From: a virus
Lineage: Duplodnaviria > Heunggongvirae > Uroviricota > Caudoviricetes
Length of the DNA: 40,808 nucleotides
Virus record (IMG/VR): IMGVR_UViG_2778261545_000004
Strand: one strand, 5' to 3'
The notes below the pieces were generated by a model that saw only the letters and a list, made by a program, of their open reading frames with translations, was not told the origin of the DNA and searched no databases. How positions within the stretch are numbered: the first letter of the stretch is position 1; each line of letters starts with the position of its first letter. Positions 26,475 through 36,401 of the stretch are shown in pieces. Both the position numbers and the translations under genes were made by a program.

Positions 26475-28299
26475 ATTTGAGCTTAAGGCGTTGATCACCG
26501 GTGTCGACAGGCTTTCTCCCGCGCTGTCGAAAATGCAAAAGAAAATCCGGGGATTTAAACGCCAGGCGGAAGAAGCGTCACAGGGTGGGCTGGCGCTTGG
26601 TGGCGGACTGGCAGCGGGTCTGACGCTTTCCCTGAAATCTTATGCCGATCAGGAAAACGCCGCCACCGGGCTGAAAGTCGCCATGATGGATGCGAACGGC
26701 GAGGTTGGAAAGAGCTTTCAGGACATCAATAAACTGGCTATTGGCCTGGGTAACCAGCTACCCGGTACAACGGCTGATTTCCAAAACATGATGCAGATGC
26801 TGGTACGTCAGGGGATCCCGGCAGAAAACATTCTGGGTGGTGTGGGTAAAGCGACAGCTTATCTTGCGGTACAACTGAAAAAAACACCGGAAGCGGCTGC
26901 TGAGTTTGCTGCAAAGATGCAGGATGCTACCGGAACGGCGTCAGAAGACATGATGGGGCTGTTCGACACTATCCAGAAGGCGTTTTATCTGGGCGTTGAC
27001 GATACCAACATGTTGTCCTTCTTCACTAAAACCAGTTCTGTTCTGAAGATGGTGAACAAGGACGGTCTTCAGGCTGCACAGAGCCTTGCCCCCATCAGCG
27101 TCATGATGGATCAGATGGGGATGAACGGGGAGTCGGCAGGTAACGCCCTGCGAAAAGTTATCCAGTCCGGATTAAGCGTTAAGAAAATCAGGGACGTCAA
27201 TAAAATCATGGCCCGCCAGAAACTCGGGGTACAGCTCGATTTTACTGACGGCAAAGGAAGTTTTGGCGGTCTTGATAACATGTTCAGGCAACTGGCAAAG
27301 CTGCGAAAACTGACCGACGTTAAGCGAACAGGTGTACTTAAGGCAATATTTGGTGATGATGCCGAAACCCTTCAGGTGGTCAATGCACTAATCGATAAAG
27401 GAAAGGATGGCTACGATCAGATCCAGCAGAAGATGAATAAACAGGCCAGCCTGAATAAACGTGTTCAGGCTCAGCTTGGTACGCTGTCCAACCTGTGGGA
27501 GGCAATGACAGGGACCGCAACTAACGGCCTTGCGGCTATTGGCGGCGCATTTTCTGGTGACGCTAAAAATATCACGCAATGGCTGGGGGAGTTGGGGGAG
27601 AAATTCACGAAGTTTGCGGATGAAAATCCCCGGATTATTCGCGGCGTCGTCGGGCTTGCTGCCGGTCTTGCGATTCTGAAACTGGGATTGATGGGCGTTG
27701 GCGGTGCCATCAGTATTGTCAGCAGGATCATGTCGATGACGCCGATTGGCATGATTGCGACGGCGATAGCCCTGGCTGCGGGATTAATTATCACTAACTG
27801 GGATGTTGTCGGACCTTATTTTAAGAAACTATGGGAAACCATTGGTCCTTATTTTGAGGCTGGCTGGGAACTCCTTAAGAAAGTTTTTGCCTGGTCGCCG
27901 CTGGGGATGGTGATCAATAACTGGGGACCGGTTGTTAAGTGGTTTCAGGATATGTGGGATAAGCTGAAGCCGATTATTGAATGGTTTACCGACAGTTCCG
28001 GTGACACGGTCGATGCCATTAACTCGGCGCAGTGGGGCGCGGGTGCTTATGATGCTTATGGGACGGGAATACCGGCACGGGGATACACTCCTTATCCGGC
28101 GGTGGATCCGGCTCAGGTAAACAACGCCTCCGATGCCACAGGCTCGAATCCCTTCATGATTAATAAAGCTACCGCGCCAAAAGTTGATGGTGAGATCAAG
28201 GTATCATTTATAAATATGCCACCAGATATGCGGGTTACGGAAACACGCTCCAGTGGCATTGATATAAATCACGATGTCGGCTATACCCGATTTTGGTAG
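26467..28299 (+). CDS. Tail tape measure protein
   Basis: 610 aa, helical Ala/Gly-rich, central hydrophobic segments. Confidence 0.9.
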   Translation: MAEFELKALITGVDRLSPALSKMQKKIRGFKRQAEEASQGGLALGGGLAAGLTLSLKSYADQENAATGLKVAMMDANGEVGKSFQDINKLAIGLGNQLPGTTADFQNMMQMLVRQGIPAENILGGVGKATAYLAVQLKKTPEAAAEFAAKMQDATGTASEDMMGLFDTIQKAFYLGVDDTNMLSFFTKTSSVLKMVNKDGLQAAQSLAPISVMMDQMGMNGESAGNALRKVIQSGLSVKKIRDVNKIMARQKLGVQLDFTDGKGSFGGLDNMFRQLAKLRKLTDVKRTGVLKAIFGDDAETLQVVNALIDKGKDGYDQIQQKMNKQASLNKRVQAQLGTLSNLWEAMTGTATNGLAAIGGAFSGDAKNITQWLGELGEKFTKFADENPRIIRGVVGLAAGLAILKLGLMGVGGAISIVSRIMSMTPIGMIATAIALAAGLIITNWDVVGPYFKKLWETIGPYFEAGWELLKKVFAWSPLGMVINNWGPVVKWFQDMWDKLKPIIEWFTDSSGDTVDAINSAQWGAGAYDAYGTGIPARGYTPYPAVDPAQVNNASDATGSNPFMINKATAPKVDGEIKVSFINMPPDMRVTETRSSGIDINHDVGYTRFW

Positions 28300-28327
28300 C
28301 CAGGATTCCCCTCACAGGTATTGCTGG

Positions 28328-28355
28328 TTGTAAGTCATAAATAGAGTGATAGAAT
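28328..28355 (+). promoter_or_regulatory. Candidate sigma70 promoter of the tail-embedded moron (-35 TTGTAA, 16 bp, -10 TAGAAT)
   Basis: Hexamers read directly, about 35 nt upstream of ATG 28391. Confidence 0.4.
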
Positions 28356-28390
28356 TAATGCACATTTAGAAAAATGTTAATAGGCGAAAA

Positions 28391-28921
28391 ATGAAAGGCT
28401 ATATCACAGCAAGTGTAATTCTTGGAGCAGCGGCTGTTTTTTCATCTCTCATAATCTCTGGCAACATCTCCTTTAAAGATGAACATATTATTCAGTTATC
28501 TGGAGGAGCCATAAAACTTGGTGATGTTTATAAAGAAAATAAATTGATAAGTGCAAAGATTATTTTTCCAGATAATCAGGGTGAACAGATTCTTGTTGTC
28601 GACGGCAATCCTGAAAACTTTAAGGAGGATTTTCAGGAGAAATTAAATAAAGTAATAAAAACTTTAAATGCGTCAAAGAAAAAAGATGAAGAGAAAGTTA
28701 GCCTGGATAATTTAAGTGTTATTGAAGAGTCTAAACTAGAGCTCGTTTCTGCGGTGCGTTACTCTGCTCAGTATGTTCCTATGTTTACTCTGACGCTGGA
28801 CAAAAAAGAAATTACCATGCCTAAAAATACGGTAATATTTCCATTTGCCAGCGATGAAACAGCTAAGTATTTAAATGAACAACAGCAAAAGTATAAAGAT
28901 TCGTTGTTTCTGACTCGCTAA
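28391..28921 (+). CDS. Hypothetical membrane-anchored or exported protein (moron inside the tail operon)
   Basis: 176 aa, N-terminal hydrophobic signal/anchor, Lys/Glu-rich, strongly AT-rich; own promoter and terminator. Confidence 0.6.
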   Translation: MKGYITASVILGAAAVFSSLIISGNISFKDEHIIQLSGGAIKLGDVYKENKLISAKIIFPDNQGEQILVVDGNPENFKEDFQEKLNKVIKTLNASKKKDEEKVSLDNLSVIEESKLELVSAVRYSAQYVPMFTLTLDKKEITMPKNTVIFPFASDETAKYLNEQQQKYKDSLFLTR

Positions 28922-28941
28922 TTAATAAAATTCATTACAAG

Positions 28942-28972
28942 GCCACCTTCTAATAGGTGGCTTTTTTATTTT
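28942..28972 (+). terminator. Rho-independent terminator after the moron
   Basis: GCCACC-TTCTAATA-GGTGGC followed by TTTTTTATTTT. Confidence 0.65.
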
Positions 28973-28982
28973 CGGAGTGTAT

Positions 28983-30311
28983 ATGACGTGGAAAGACAGG
29001 CTTCAGGATGCGTCATTTCGAGGTGTGCCGTTTAAGGTTGAAGAAGAAAGTGCGGGAACCGGCCGTCGTGTGGAAACACACGAATATCCGAACCGCGACA
29101 AACCCTATACCGAAGATCTGGGAAAAGTCACTTTCCGCCCGTCCATCACGGCTTATGTGGTGGGAGATGACTGCTTTGACCAGCGCGATCGCCTGATTGA
29201 CGCGCTGAATAAACCCGGTCCCGGCACGCTTGTCCACCCGACATACGGTGAGTTGAAAGTCTGTGTTGACGGGGAAGTTCGGGTCAGCACATCGAAGAGT
29301 GAAGGGCGTATTGTCCGCTTTGACCTGAAGTTTGTCGAAGCGGGAGATCTCTCTTACCCCACATCAGGCGTGGCGACGGCGCAGACGCTGATGTCATCCT
29401 GTTCTGCACTGGATGACTGCATCAGTGACAGCTTCAGCGGTTTCAGTATCGATGGCGTGGCGGATTTTGTGCAGAACGACGTTATCGGTAATGCCAGCAC
29501 AATGCTTGGGTATGTTTCTGATGCGATGAAAGTGGTGGATTCTGCCGTATCGGATGCCGCCAGGCTGTTGCAGGGTGATATCTCGGTACTTCTGCCGCCG
29601 CCATCGTCAGGCAAAAATTTCGTTGAGCAGGTGCAGAAAATGTGGCGTACCGGGAAACGCCTTTATGGTAACGCCAGCGACCTGGTCACCATGATCAAAA
29701 CGCTTTCCGGTGTCAGCCTCGGCAGCGATCTGCAACCGCGCGGCGTCTGGAAAACGGACAGTAAAACCACCGCCACGGCGACGCAGCAGCGTAACGTGGT
29801 TGCCAGCACCCTTCGTACGACCGCAATCAGCGAAGCGGCGTATGCCGTCATCCGATTGCCTGCGCCAACAACTTCCGCGGTGATGCAGAATGCCACAGTG
29901 GGGCAGGCAACAACACCCGCGCAGAGCACTGGCTGGCCTTCCGTCACGCATCCGGTACTGAACAATGCACCGGCGGTGAAAAACACGGTTGACCTGCCGA
30001 CGTGGGAAGAACTGACTGACATTCGCGACACACTGAATACGGCAATTGATAAGGAGTTGTCCCGTACAACCAGCGATGCGCTGTTTCTGGCGCTGCGCCG
30101 GGTGAAAGCAGATCTGAATGCGGATATCAACACGCGCCTTGAACAGTCTGCACGGATCATTCAGCGCACACCGGATGAGGTTTTACCCGCGCTGGTGCTG
30201 GCGGCGACCTGGTTTGATAACGCGGCGCGTGACGCGGACATTATCCGGCGTAATGCCATTACGCATCCCGGCTTTGTGCCGGTGATCCCTCTGAAGGTGC
30301 CAGTGCAATGA
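28983..30311 (+). CDS. DNA circulation protein (Mu N-like)
   Basis: 443 aa from ATG 28983 (GGAG 5 nt upstream); position after tape measure. Confidence 0.75.
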   Translation: MTWKDRLQDASFRGVPFKVEEESAGTGRRVETHEYPNRDKPYTEDLGKVTFRPSITAYVVGDDCFDQRDRLIDALNKPGPGTLVHPTYGELKVCVDGEVRVSTSKSEGRIVRFDLKFVEAGDLSYPTSGVATAQTLMSSCSALDDCISDSFSGFSIDGVADFVQNDVIGNASTMLGYVSDAMKVVDSAVSDAARLLQGDISVLLPPPSSGKNFVEQVQKMWRTGKRLYGNASDLVTMIKTLSGVSLGSDLQPRGVWKTDSKTTATATQQRNVVASTLRTTAISEAAYAVIRLPAPTTSAVMQNATVGQATTPAQSTGWPSVTHPVLNNAPAVKNTVDLPTWEELTDIRDTLNTAIDKELSRTTSDALFLALRRVKADLNADINTRLEQSARIIQRTPDEVLPALVLAATWFDNAARDADIIRRNAITHPGFVPVIPLKVPVQ

Positions 30312-31387
30312 ACGACAATGTCACGCTACGGGTAAATGGCCGGGAGTGGAATGGCTGGACATCGGTGCGCATCGGTGCCGGTATTGAACGGCTGGCGCGG
30401 GATTTCAGCGTGGAGATCACCCGCCAGTGGCCGGGTGATGAGGGTATTACCACGCTTCAGCCGCGCATTAAAAACGGTTCAAAAGTGGAGGTGCTGATTG
30501 GTGATGAGCTGGTGATCACCGGCTGGGTGGAGGCGACGCCCGTTCGTTACGATGCCCGTTCGGTCAGCACCGGTATTGCCGGACGTAGTCTGACGGCTGA
30601 CCTGATTGACTGTGCAGCCGAACCGACACAGTTTAACGGACGATCACTGGTACAGATTGCGCAGGCGCTTGCTGCGCCCTTCGGCATTGAGGTGGTGAAC
30701 AGCGGTGCGCCGTCGGGTGTTATTCCTGATGTCCAGCCCGATCACGGTGAAACGGTGATCGAGGTGATTAACAAAATACTCGGTCAGCAGCAGGCGCTGG
30801 CTTATGACGACCCGCACGGCAGGCTGGTGATTGGCGGTATTGGCTCAACGCGGGCACATACCGCGCTGGTACTCGGGGAAAACATCCTTTCCTGCGATAC
30901 GGAGAAGAGTATCCGGGAGCGATTTTCTGTTTACCAGGTGGCGGGGCAGCGTGCCGGAAACGACGATGATTTCGGTGAGGCCACCACCACCGCGCTGCGG
31001 GCCCGCACAGAGGACGCATTTATTGCCCGTTACCGTCCGATGTATATCAGGCAGACAGGGCAGGCTACGGGGGCAGGTTGTATTGCCCGTGCGGACTTTG
31101 AGGCCCGACAACGGGCGGCGCGGACGGATGAAACCACCTATGTGGTGCAGGGCTGGCGACAGGGTAACGGTACGCTGTGGCAGCCCAACCAGCGGGTGAT
31201 TGTCTTTGATCCGGTCTGTGGTTTCGACAATACCGAACTGCTTGTTTCGGAAGTCACGTTTACTCAGGACCAGAACGGCACCCTGACGGAAATCCGTGTC
31301 GGCCCGCCTGATGCTTATCTGCCTGAACCCGAAGCCCCCGGCGCGCGGAAAAAGAAAAAAGCCAGAGTACAGGAGGACCCGTTCTGA
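30308..31387 (+). CDS. Tail/baseplate hub protein (Mu P-like)
   Basis: 359 aa, overlapping start. Confidence 0.75.
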   Translation: MNDNVTLRVNGREWNGWTSVRIGAGIERLARDFSVEITRQWPGDEGITTLQPRIKNGSKVEVLIGDELVITGWVEATPVRYDARSVSTGIAGRSLTADLIDCAAEPTQFNGRSLVQIAQALAAPFGIEVVNSGAPSGVIPDVQPDHGETVIEVINKILGQQQALAYDDPHGRLVIGGIGSTRAHTALVLGENILSCDTEKSIRERFSVYQVAGQRAGNDDDFGEATTTALRARTEDAFIARYRPMYIRQTGQATGAGCIARADFEARQRAARTDETTYVVQGWRQGNGTLWQPNQRVIVFDPVCGFDNTELLVSEVTFTQDQNGTLTEIRVGPPDAYLPEPEAPGARKKKKARVQEDPF

Positions 31388-31935
31388 TGAGGACGATTGA
31401 AGCCATGCAGCGACAACTCCTCGGCCTGATTGGGCGGGCCGTGGTGAAAAGCATCAGTGCCGCCACGAAATGTCAGACCGTGGATGTGTCCCTGATTGCC
31501 GGTGAACCCAAAGCCGGGGTTGAACATCTTGAACCCTACGGTTTTACCGCAAGGGCAAACAGCGGTGCGGAAGCGGTGGTGTTGTTTCCGGATGGCGACC
31601 GTTCTCATGCGGTGGTTGTTACGGTGTCGGACCGTCGCTACCGCCTGAAAGGGCTGCAGACGGGCGAGGTGGCTGTCTATGACGATCAGGGGCAGTCCGT
31701 GACGCTGACCCGGGAGGGGATCGTGGTGGACGGTGCAGGTAAAACGATCACGTTTCGCAATGCACCTGAAGCACGTTTTGAAATGGACCTGGAAGTGACC
31801 GGACAGGTGAAAGACCTGTGCGACTCCGGCGGCACCACCATGTCAGCGATGCGGCTTGCCTATAACGGGCATAGTCACAGAGAGAACGGTCAGGGCAGTA
31901 ACACCGACAAACCGGATAAAGCGATGGAGGCATGA
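31387..31935 (+). CDS. Baseplate assembly protein V-like (spike)
   Basis: 182 aa, gene order. Confidence 0.75.
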   Translation: MRTIEAMQRQLLGLIGRAVVKSISAATKCQTVDVSLIAGEPKAGVEHLEPYGFTARANSGAEAVVLFPDGDRSHAVVVTVSDRRYRLKGLQTGEVAVYDDQGQSVTLTREGIVVDGAGKTITFRNAPEARFEMDLEVTGQVKDLCDSGGTTMSAMRLAYNGHSHRENGQGSNTDKPDKAMEA

Positions 31936-32360
31936 TGGAACTGTGGCTGACGGTGAACGGTAAACGCACCTGCGCCAGCGCACCGCTGGATCCGCTGACC
32001 CGCGCCGTGGTGATTTCCCTGTTTACCTGGCGGCGGGCGGAGCCTGATGACAACGCCGACGTCCCGATGGGATGGTGGGGGGATACCTGGCCTGCGGTAC
32101 AGAATGACCGTTACGGCTCCCGACTGTGGCTGCTTCAGCGCAGCAAACTGACCAATCAGCTGGTGCAGACGGTAAGGGGGTATATCCGCGAATGCCTGCA
32201 ATGGATGATTGATGATGGCGTGGTGTCCCGTATTGATCTGGATATCCGCCGCACCGGGATTAATGAACTGGGTAACAGTATCACTCTCTGGCGTCGTGAC
32301 GGACCGGTAATGATTTCTTTTGATGATCTGTGGAGTGCGATAACGCATGGCGGACAGTGA
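31932..32360 (+). CDS. Baseplate protein (Mu gp46 / W-like)
   Basis: 142 aa, gene order. Confidence 0.7.
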   Translation: MMELWLTVNGKRTCASAPLDPLTRAVVISLFTWRRAEPDDNADVPMGWWGDTWPAVQNDRYGSRLWLLQRSKLTNQLVQTVRGYIRECLQWMIDDGVVSRIDLDIRRTGINELGNSITLWRRDGPVMISFDDLWSAITHGGQ

Positions 32361-33405
32361 ATTTCAGCGCCCGACGCTGGCAGAAAATATCAGTATGCTC
32401 CGTAACGATTTATTCGCCAGGCTGGACGTCAGCGACACGCTCCGGCGCATGGATGAAGACGTGCGGGCAAAGGTGTATGCGGCGGCGCTGCATACGGTTT
32501 ACGGTTACATCGATTATCTGGCAATGAACATGCTGCCTGACCTGTGCGATGAGTCCTGGCTGGCGCGACATGCTGCGATGAAACGGTGTCCGCGCAAGGG
32601 GGCCACGGCTGCCAGCGGGTATATGCGCTGGGAAGGTGTCAGCGATGGCCTGAAGGTGACTGCCGGGAGCGTGATTCAGCGCGATGACCTGGTTCAGTAC
32701 ACGGCAACTGCTGATGCAACCAGCTCCGGTGGTGTCCTGCGCGTGCCGATCACTTGCTCAAGTGCAGGCGCGGTCGGTAACGCTGACGACGGTACGGCAT
32801 TAATCCTGGTCACGCCGGTGAATGGTCTGCCGTCTTCCGGTGTTGCAGATACTCTGACTGGCGGATTCGATACTGAAGATCTGGAAACGTGGCGCGCCCG
32901 CGTCATTGAGCGGTATTACTGGACGCCGCAGGGCGGGGCTGACGGGGACTATGTCGTCTGGGCTAAAGAAGTGCCCGGCATTACCCGCGCATGGACATAC
33001 CGTCACTGGATGGGAACGGGAACTGTCGGTGTGATGATTGCCAGCAGTGACCTGATTAATCCCATTCCGGAAGAATCAACGGAAACGGCGGCAAGACAAC
33101 ATATCGGGCCACTGGCCCCGGTGGCAGGCTCTGATTTGTATGTGTTCAGGCCGGTGGCACATACGGTGGATTTTCATATCCGCGTGACGCCGGACACACC
33201 GGAAATACGGGCTGCCATCACCGCGGAGTTGCGTTCGTTCCTGCTGCGTGATGGTTATCCGCAGGGAGAACTGAAGGTATCGCGTATCAGTGAGGCGATT
33301 TCCGGTGCGAACGGGGAATACAGCCATCAGTTGCTTACACCGGCAGACAATATCTCCATTGCAAAAAATGAACTGGCGGTACTGGGGACGATTTCATGGA
33401 CGTGA
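32347..33405 (+). CDS. Baseplate J-like protein (Mu gp47)
   Basis: 352 aa, gene order. Confidence 0.8.
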   Translation: MADSEFQRPTLAENISMLRNDLFARLDVSDTLRRMDEDVRAKVYAAALHTVYGYIDYLAMNMLPDLCDESWLARHAAMKRCPRKGATAASGYMRWEGVSDGLKVTAGSVIQRDDLVQYTATADATSSGGVLRVPITCSSAGAVGNADDGTALILVTPVNGLPSSGVADTLTGGFDTEDLETWRARVIERYYWTPQGGADGDYVVWAKEVPGITRAWTYRHWMGTGTVGVMIASSDLINPIPEESTETAARQHIGPLAPVAGSDLYVFRPVAHTVDFHIRVTPDTPEIRAAITAELRSFLLRDGYPQGELKVSRISEAISGANGEYSHQLLTPADNISIAKNELAVLGTISWT

Positions 33406-33980
33406 CAAACGATGATTACATCCGTCTGTTGTCGGCACTGTTGCCCCCCGGTCCGGCGTGGTCAGCCAGCGATCCGGCGATTGCCGGTGCGGCACCGTCA
33501 TTAACCCGCGTTCATCAGCGTGCGGATGCCCTGATGCGGGAGCTGGATCCGCGCACCACCACTGAACTGATAAACCGCTGGGAGAGTCTGTGCGGTCTGC
33601 CGGATGAATGTATTCCCGCAGGGACACAGACCCTTCGCCAGCGTCAGCAACGGCTGGATGCGAAGGTTAACCTGGCGGGCGGCATCAACGAGAATTTTTA
33701 TCTTGCACAGCTTGCTGCCCTGGGCAGACCAGACGCTACCATCACGCGATACGACAAAAGCACGTTCACCTGCTCATCGGCCTGTACTGACGCGGTGAAT
33801 GCGCCGGAATGGCGGTATTACTGGCAGGTCAACATGCCAGCCGCCACAAACACCACCTGGATGACATGTGGCGATCCCTGTGATTCCGCGCTGCGTATCT
33901 GGGGCGACACCGTTGTCGAATGTGTGCTTAACAAACTCTGCCCGTCGCATACCTACGTAATTTTTAAATATCCGGAGTAA
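33396..33980 (+). CDS. Tail protein (Mu gp48 / P2 I-like)
   Basis: 194 aa preceding the tail fibre gene. Confidence 0.7.
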   Translation: MDVTNDDYIRLLSALLPPGPAWSASDPAIAGAAPSLTRVHQRADALMRELDPRTTTELINRWESLCGLPDECIPAGTQTLRQRQQRLDAKVNLAGGINENFYLAQLAALGRPDATITRYDKSTFTCSSACTDAVNAPEWRYYWQVNMPAATNTTWMTCGDPCDSALRIWGDTVVECVLNKLCPSHTYVIFKYPE

Positions 33981-33983
33981 TCC

Positions 33984-34811
33984 ATGCATCGTATAGACAC
34001 GAAAACCGCGCAGAAGGATAAGTTCGGCGCGGGTAAGAACGGTTTTACCCGTGGTAACCCCCAGACTGGCACACCTGCCACCGATCTGGATGATGACTAC
34101 TTTGATATGTTGCAGGAAGAACTCTGCAGCGTGGTGGAGGCATCCGGTGCCAGCCTGGAGAAGGGGCGAAACGACCAGTTGCTTACCGCGCTTCGTGCTC
34201 TGCTGTTAAGCCGCAAGAATCCGTTTGGTGATATCAAATCGGATGGCACGGTGAAAACGGCTCTCGAAAACCTTGGTTTGGGAGAAGGCTCAGCATTACC
34301 CGTTGGTGTGCCTGTTCCGTGGCCTTCAGCCACTCCGCCAACAGGCTGGCTGAAATGCAATGGTGCGGCTTTTTCTGCTGAAGAATACCCGGAACTGACA
34401 AAGGCTTACCCGACCAATAAATTGCCTGATTTACGCGGTGAATTTATTCGTGGCTGGGATGATGGACGTGGAGTGGATGCGGGGCGAGCCTTGCTAAGTC
34501 TTCAGAATGACTCTTTTGAAGCTCACAGGCATGAGTCCTTTTTTTACGCGGGTATTTCACGCAATGAAACACCATTAAAAAATCTTCCAAGTTCAGACGA
34601 GATGCTGACTTTAAGTTCCACAACTAATGCCTTGTCCCCGGACAGTATTGATGCCACCAATTCGTTAATTGGTAATGATGATTACAACTGTCTGATTGAA
34701 GGAAATAAAAATAACAAACGAACGGCAACGGGGTTGAGTACCAGTATTGTCGGTGCAGCAGAGACACGCCCACGTAATATTTCATTTAATTACATTGTGA
34801 GGGCTGCATGA
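33984..34811 (+). CDS. Tail fibre protein (constant N-terminus fused to currently expressed variable C-terminus)
   Basis: 275 aa; conserved N-terminus [21 protein letters not shown]; recombination site lies at codon ~93. Confidence 0.8.
   Translation: MHRIDTKTAQKDKFGAGKNGFTRGNPQTGTPATDLDDDYFDMLQEELCSVVEASGASLEKGRNDQLLTALRALLLSRKNPFGDIKSDGTVKTALENLGLGEGSALPVGVPVPWPSATPPTGWLKCNGAAFSAEEYPELTKAYPTNKLPDLRGEFIRGWDDGRGVDAGRALLSLQNDSFEAHRHESFFYAGISRNETPLKNLPSSDEMLTLSSTTNALSPDSIDATNSLIGNDDYNCLIEGNKNNKRTATGLSTSIVGAAETRPRNISFNYIVRAA
34261..34286. promoter_or_regulatory. DNA invertase crossover site (hix/gix-like), left
   Basis: CTCTCGAAAACC-TT-GGTTTGGGAGAA; 20 of 26 positions match the right site in inverted orientation. 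Confidence 0.5.
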
Positions 34812-35413
34812 TGTATAACGCCATCTTAAATAATAAATTTATTGCCACAAAGGCAGGAGAGATTACCGTTTATAACTATGACAGTGAGACACGGGAGTAT
34901 ATTTCTGCATCAACTGAATATCTTGCTGTGGGTGTCGGTATCCCTGCATATTCCTGTTTAGATGCTCCTGACACACATAAGGTTGGTTATGCAATCTGCC
35001 GTTCGGCAGATTTAAACTCATGGGAATATGTGCCAGACCATCGCGGTGAAGTTGTCTATAACACCGAAACGGGAGAATCAAAAGAAATCACAGCTCCGGG
35101 TGATTACCCTGAAAATACAACCACTATCGTCCCGTTAACGCCATACGATAAATGGGATGGTGAGAAATGGGTGACAGATACTGAGGCACAGCATAGTGCC
35201 GCAGTAGACGCGGCAGAAGCACAGCGCCAGTCGCTGATTGATGCTGCAATGGCTTCCATCAGTCTGATTCAACTGAAATTACAGGCCGGGCGGAAGCTGA
35301 CGCAGGCAGAAACAACCCGATTTAACGCCGTGCTGGATTACATTGACGCGGTGACGGTAACAGATACCAGCACCACGCCGGATGTCATCTGGCCTGAACT
35401 GCCGGAGGCGTAG
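34808..35413 (+). CDS. Tail fibre assembly chaperone (Tfa), currently expressed orientation
   Basis: 201 aa, conserved C-terminus ([12 protein letters not shown]); ATGA overlap with fibre stop. Confidence 0.8.
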   Translation: MMYNAILNNKFIATKAGEITVYNYDSETREYISASTEYLAVGVGIPAYSCLDAPDTHKVGYAICRSADLNSWEYVPDHRGEVVYNTETGESKEITAPGDYPENTTTIVPLTPYDKWDGEKWVTDTEAQHSAAVDAAEAQRQSLIDAAMASISLIQLKLQAGRKLTQAETTRFNAVLDYIDAVTVTDTSTTPDVIWPELPEA

Positions 35414-35813
35414 GCCATTCAATATCGGGTGCTGTTGAAGTATCAACACGCATCAGCAGCACACGGTATTTCTTCCATTCGGTGAGAGTTGAAGTTTCTT
35501 CATCAGTTGCGATATCAGCATCAACAGCATCCTGACGCCAGGATATTTCACTGTCAGCTTTTTCCCGTAATTGGGATTTTTTAACTTCAGCAATAGCTAT
35601 TAATTCCTTTTTGGTCGGCTGAGGAATATCTATCAGTGCTGGTTTTCCATTCAGTGTTCCAATCTGTTTTCCTGGTGGAATATCCGTAAATAACTTTTTA
35701 TGTTCTTCCTCACTGACTATTACACCATCATCAGGCCACAGACCTGATGCCTCAAATTTTTCTTTCTCCGATATGGGGAAAAAGCCATTTGCTTTAGCGC
35801 TCCATACGTACAT
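35385..35813 (-). CDS. Alternative tail fibre assembly chaperone (inverted cassette)
   Basis: 142 aa, conserved C-terminus ([10 protein letters not shown]); convergent 29-nt overlap with tfa. Confidence 0.75.
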   Translation of the reverse strand: MYVWSAKANGFFPISEKEKFEASGLWPDDGVIVSEEEHKKLFTDIPPGKQIGTLNGKPALIDIPQPTKKELIAIAEVKKSQLREKADSEISWRQDAVDADIATDEETSTLTEWKKYRVLLMRVDTSTAPDIEWPTPPAVQAR

Positions 35814-35814
35814 A

Positions 35815-36109
35815 TCAATACCCCACCGCTATAATGTCCACATTAAATCCCCCGGGACCTGCCTGCCAGATGCTGGCCCCTGTTAATGATTTTGTTTGAT
35901 GAACAACCGCCACATTTGCTGGCGATTGTGTTTCAGTTGTTACAGTACCGATATCATTCCAGTTAATTGAGATGGAATAGTTCGTTGTTGTAAACGACCG
36001 GGGGAAAGTTATGTGTCTTACATTGGTGCCGACAGGAAATCCAAGATAAACACGCTGAATTATCATTCCTCCAGGTAACATAACCCAGTTAGCACCTTCT
36101 CCAAAACCA
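35815..36109 (-). other. Promoterless alternative tail-fibre C-terminal cassette (expressed only after inversion)
   Basis: Reverse-strand coding segment beginning at the right crossover site; inversion would fuse it in frame to the fibre N-terminus. Confidence 0.6.
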
Positions 36110-36122
36110 ACGTTTATGAAAA
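36097..36122. promoter_or_regulatory. DNA invertase crossover site (hix/gix-like), right
   Basis: TTCTCCAAAACC-AA-CGTTTATGAAAA resembles the Hin hixL sequence as recalled (TTCTTGAAAACCAAGGTTTTTGATAA). Confidence 0.55.
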
Positions 36123-36176
36123 TGCAGAAATAACGAGCAAATGGCATCATTCCTGCTTTTGTCAGAGGGATCCACT

Positions 36177-36368
36177 ATGCTTATTGGCTATGTACGCGTA
36201 TCAATAAATGACCAGAACACAGATCTACAACGTAATGCGTTGAACTGTGCAGGATGCGAGCTGATTTTTGAAGACAAGATAAGCGGTACAAAGTCCGAGA
36301 GCCTAGGGCTGACAGTGCTGTTCTTGATGCAAATTAAAGGATTTAATAGTGAGTTGCGGCCTTACTAA
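36177..36368 (+). pseudogene. pin: Truncated serine DNA invertase (Pin/Gin/Hin family), N-terminal ~41 codons only
   Basis: MLIGYVRVSINDQNTDLQRNALNCAGCELIFEDKISGTKSE matches the invertase N-terminus including the catalytic Ser region, then diverges and stops; full-length is ~185 aa. Confidence 0.7.
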
Positions 36369-36401
36369 TGTAAGGCCGCTATAATCATTTTATTAATTGC
36401 A

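Noticed and set aside
17198-30160. Numerous antisense or alternate-frame ORFs inside terminase, portal, capsid, tape measure and DNA-circulation genes (for example 17198-17551, 18946-19521, 20712-21146, 27471-27794, 29663-30160)
   Set aside because: They lie opposite or out of frame within well-supported structural genes in GC-rich DNA, lack RBS, and have Arg/Ser/Pro-rich junk-like translations.
36355-36378. Perfect 9-bp stem-loop GCGGCCTTA-CTAATG-TAAGGCCGC as a terminator for the GmrSD-like gene
   Set aside because: No U-tract follows on the minus strand; kept only as a possible junction scar or weak plus-strand terminator after the truncated invertase.
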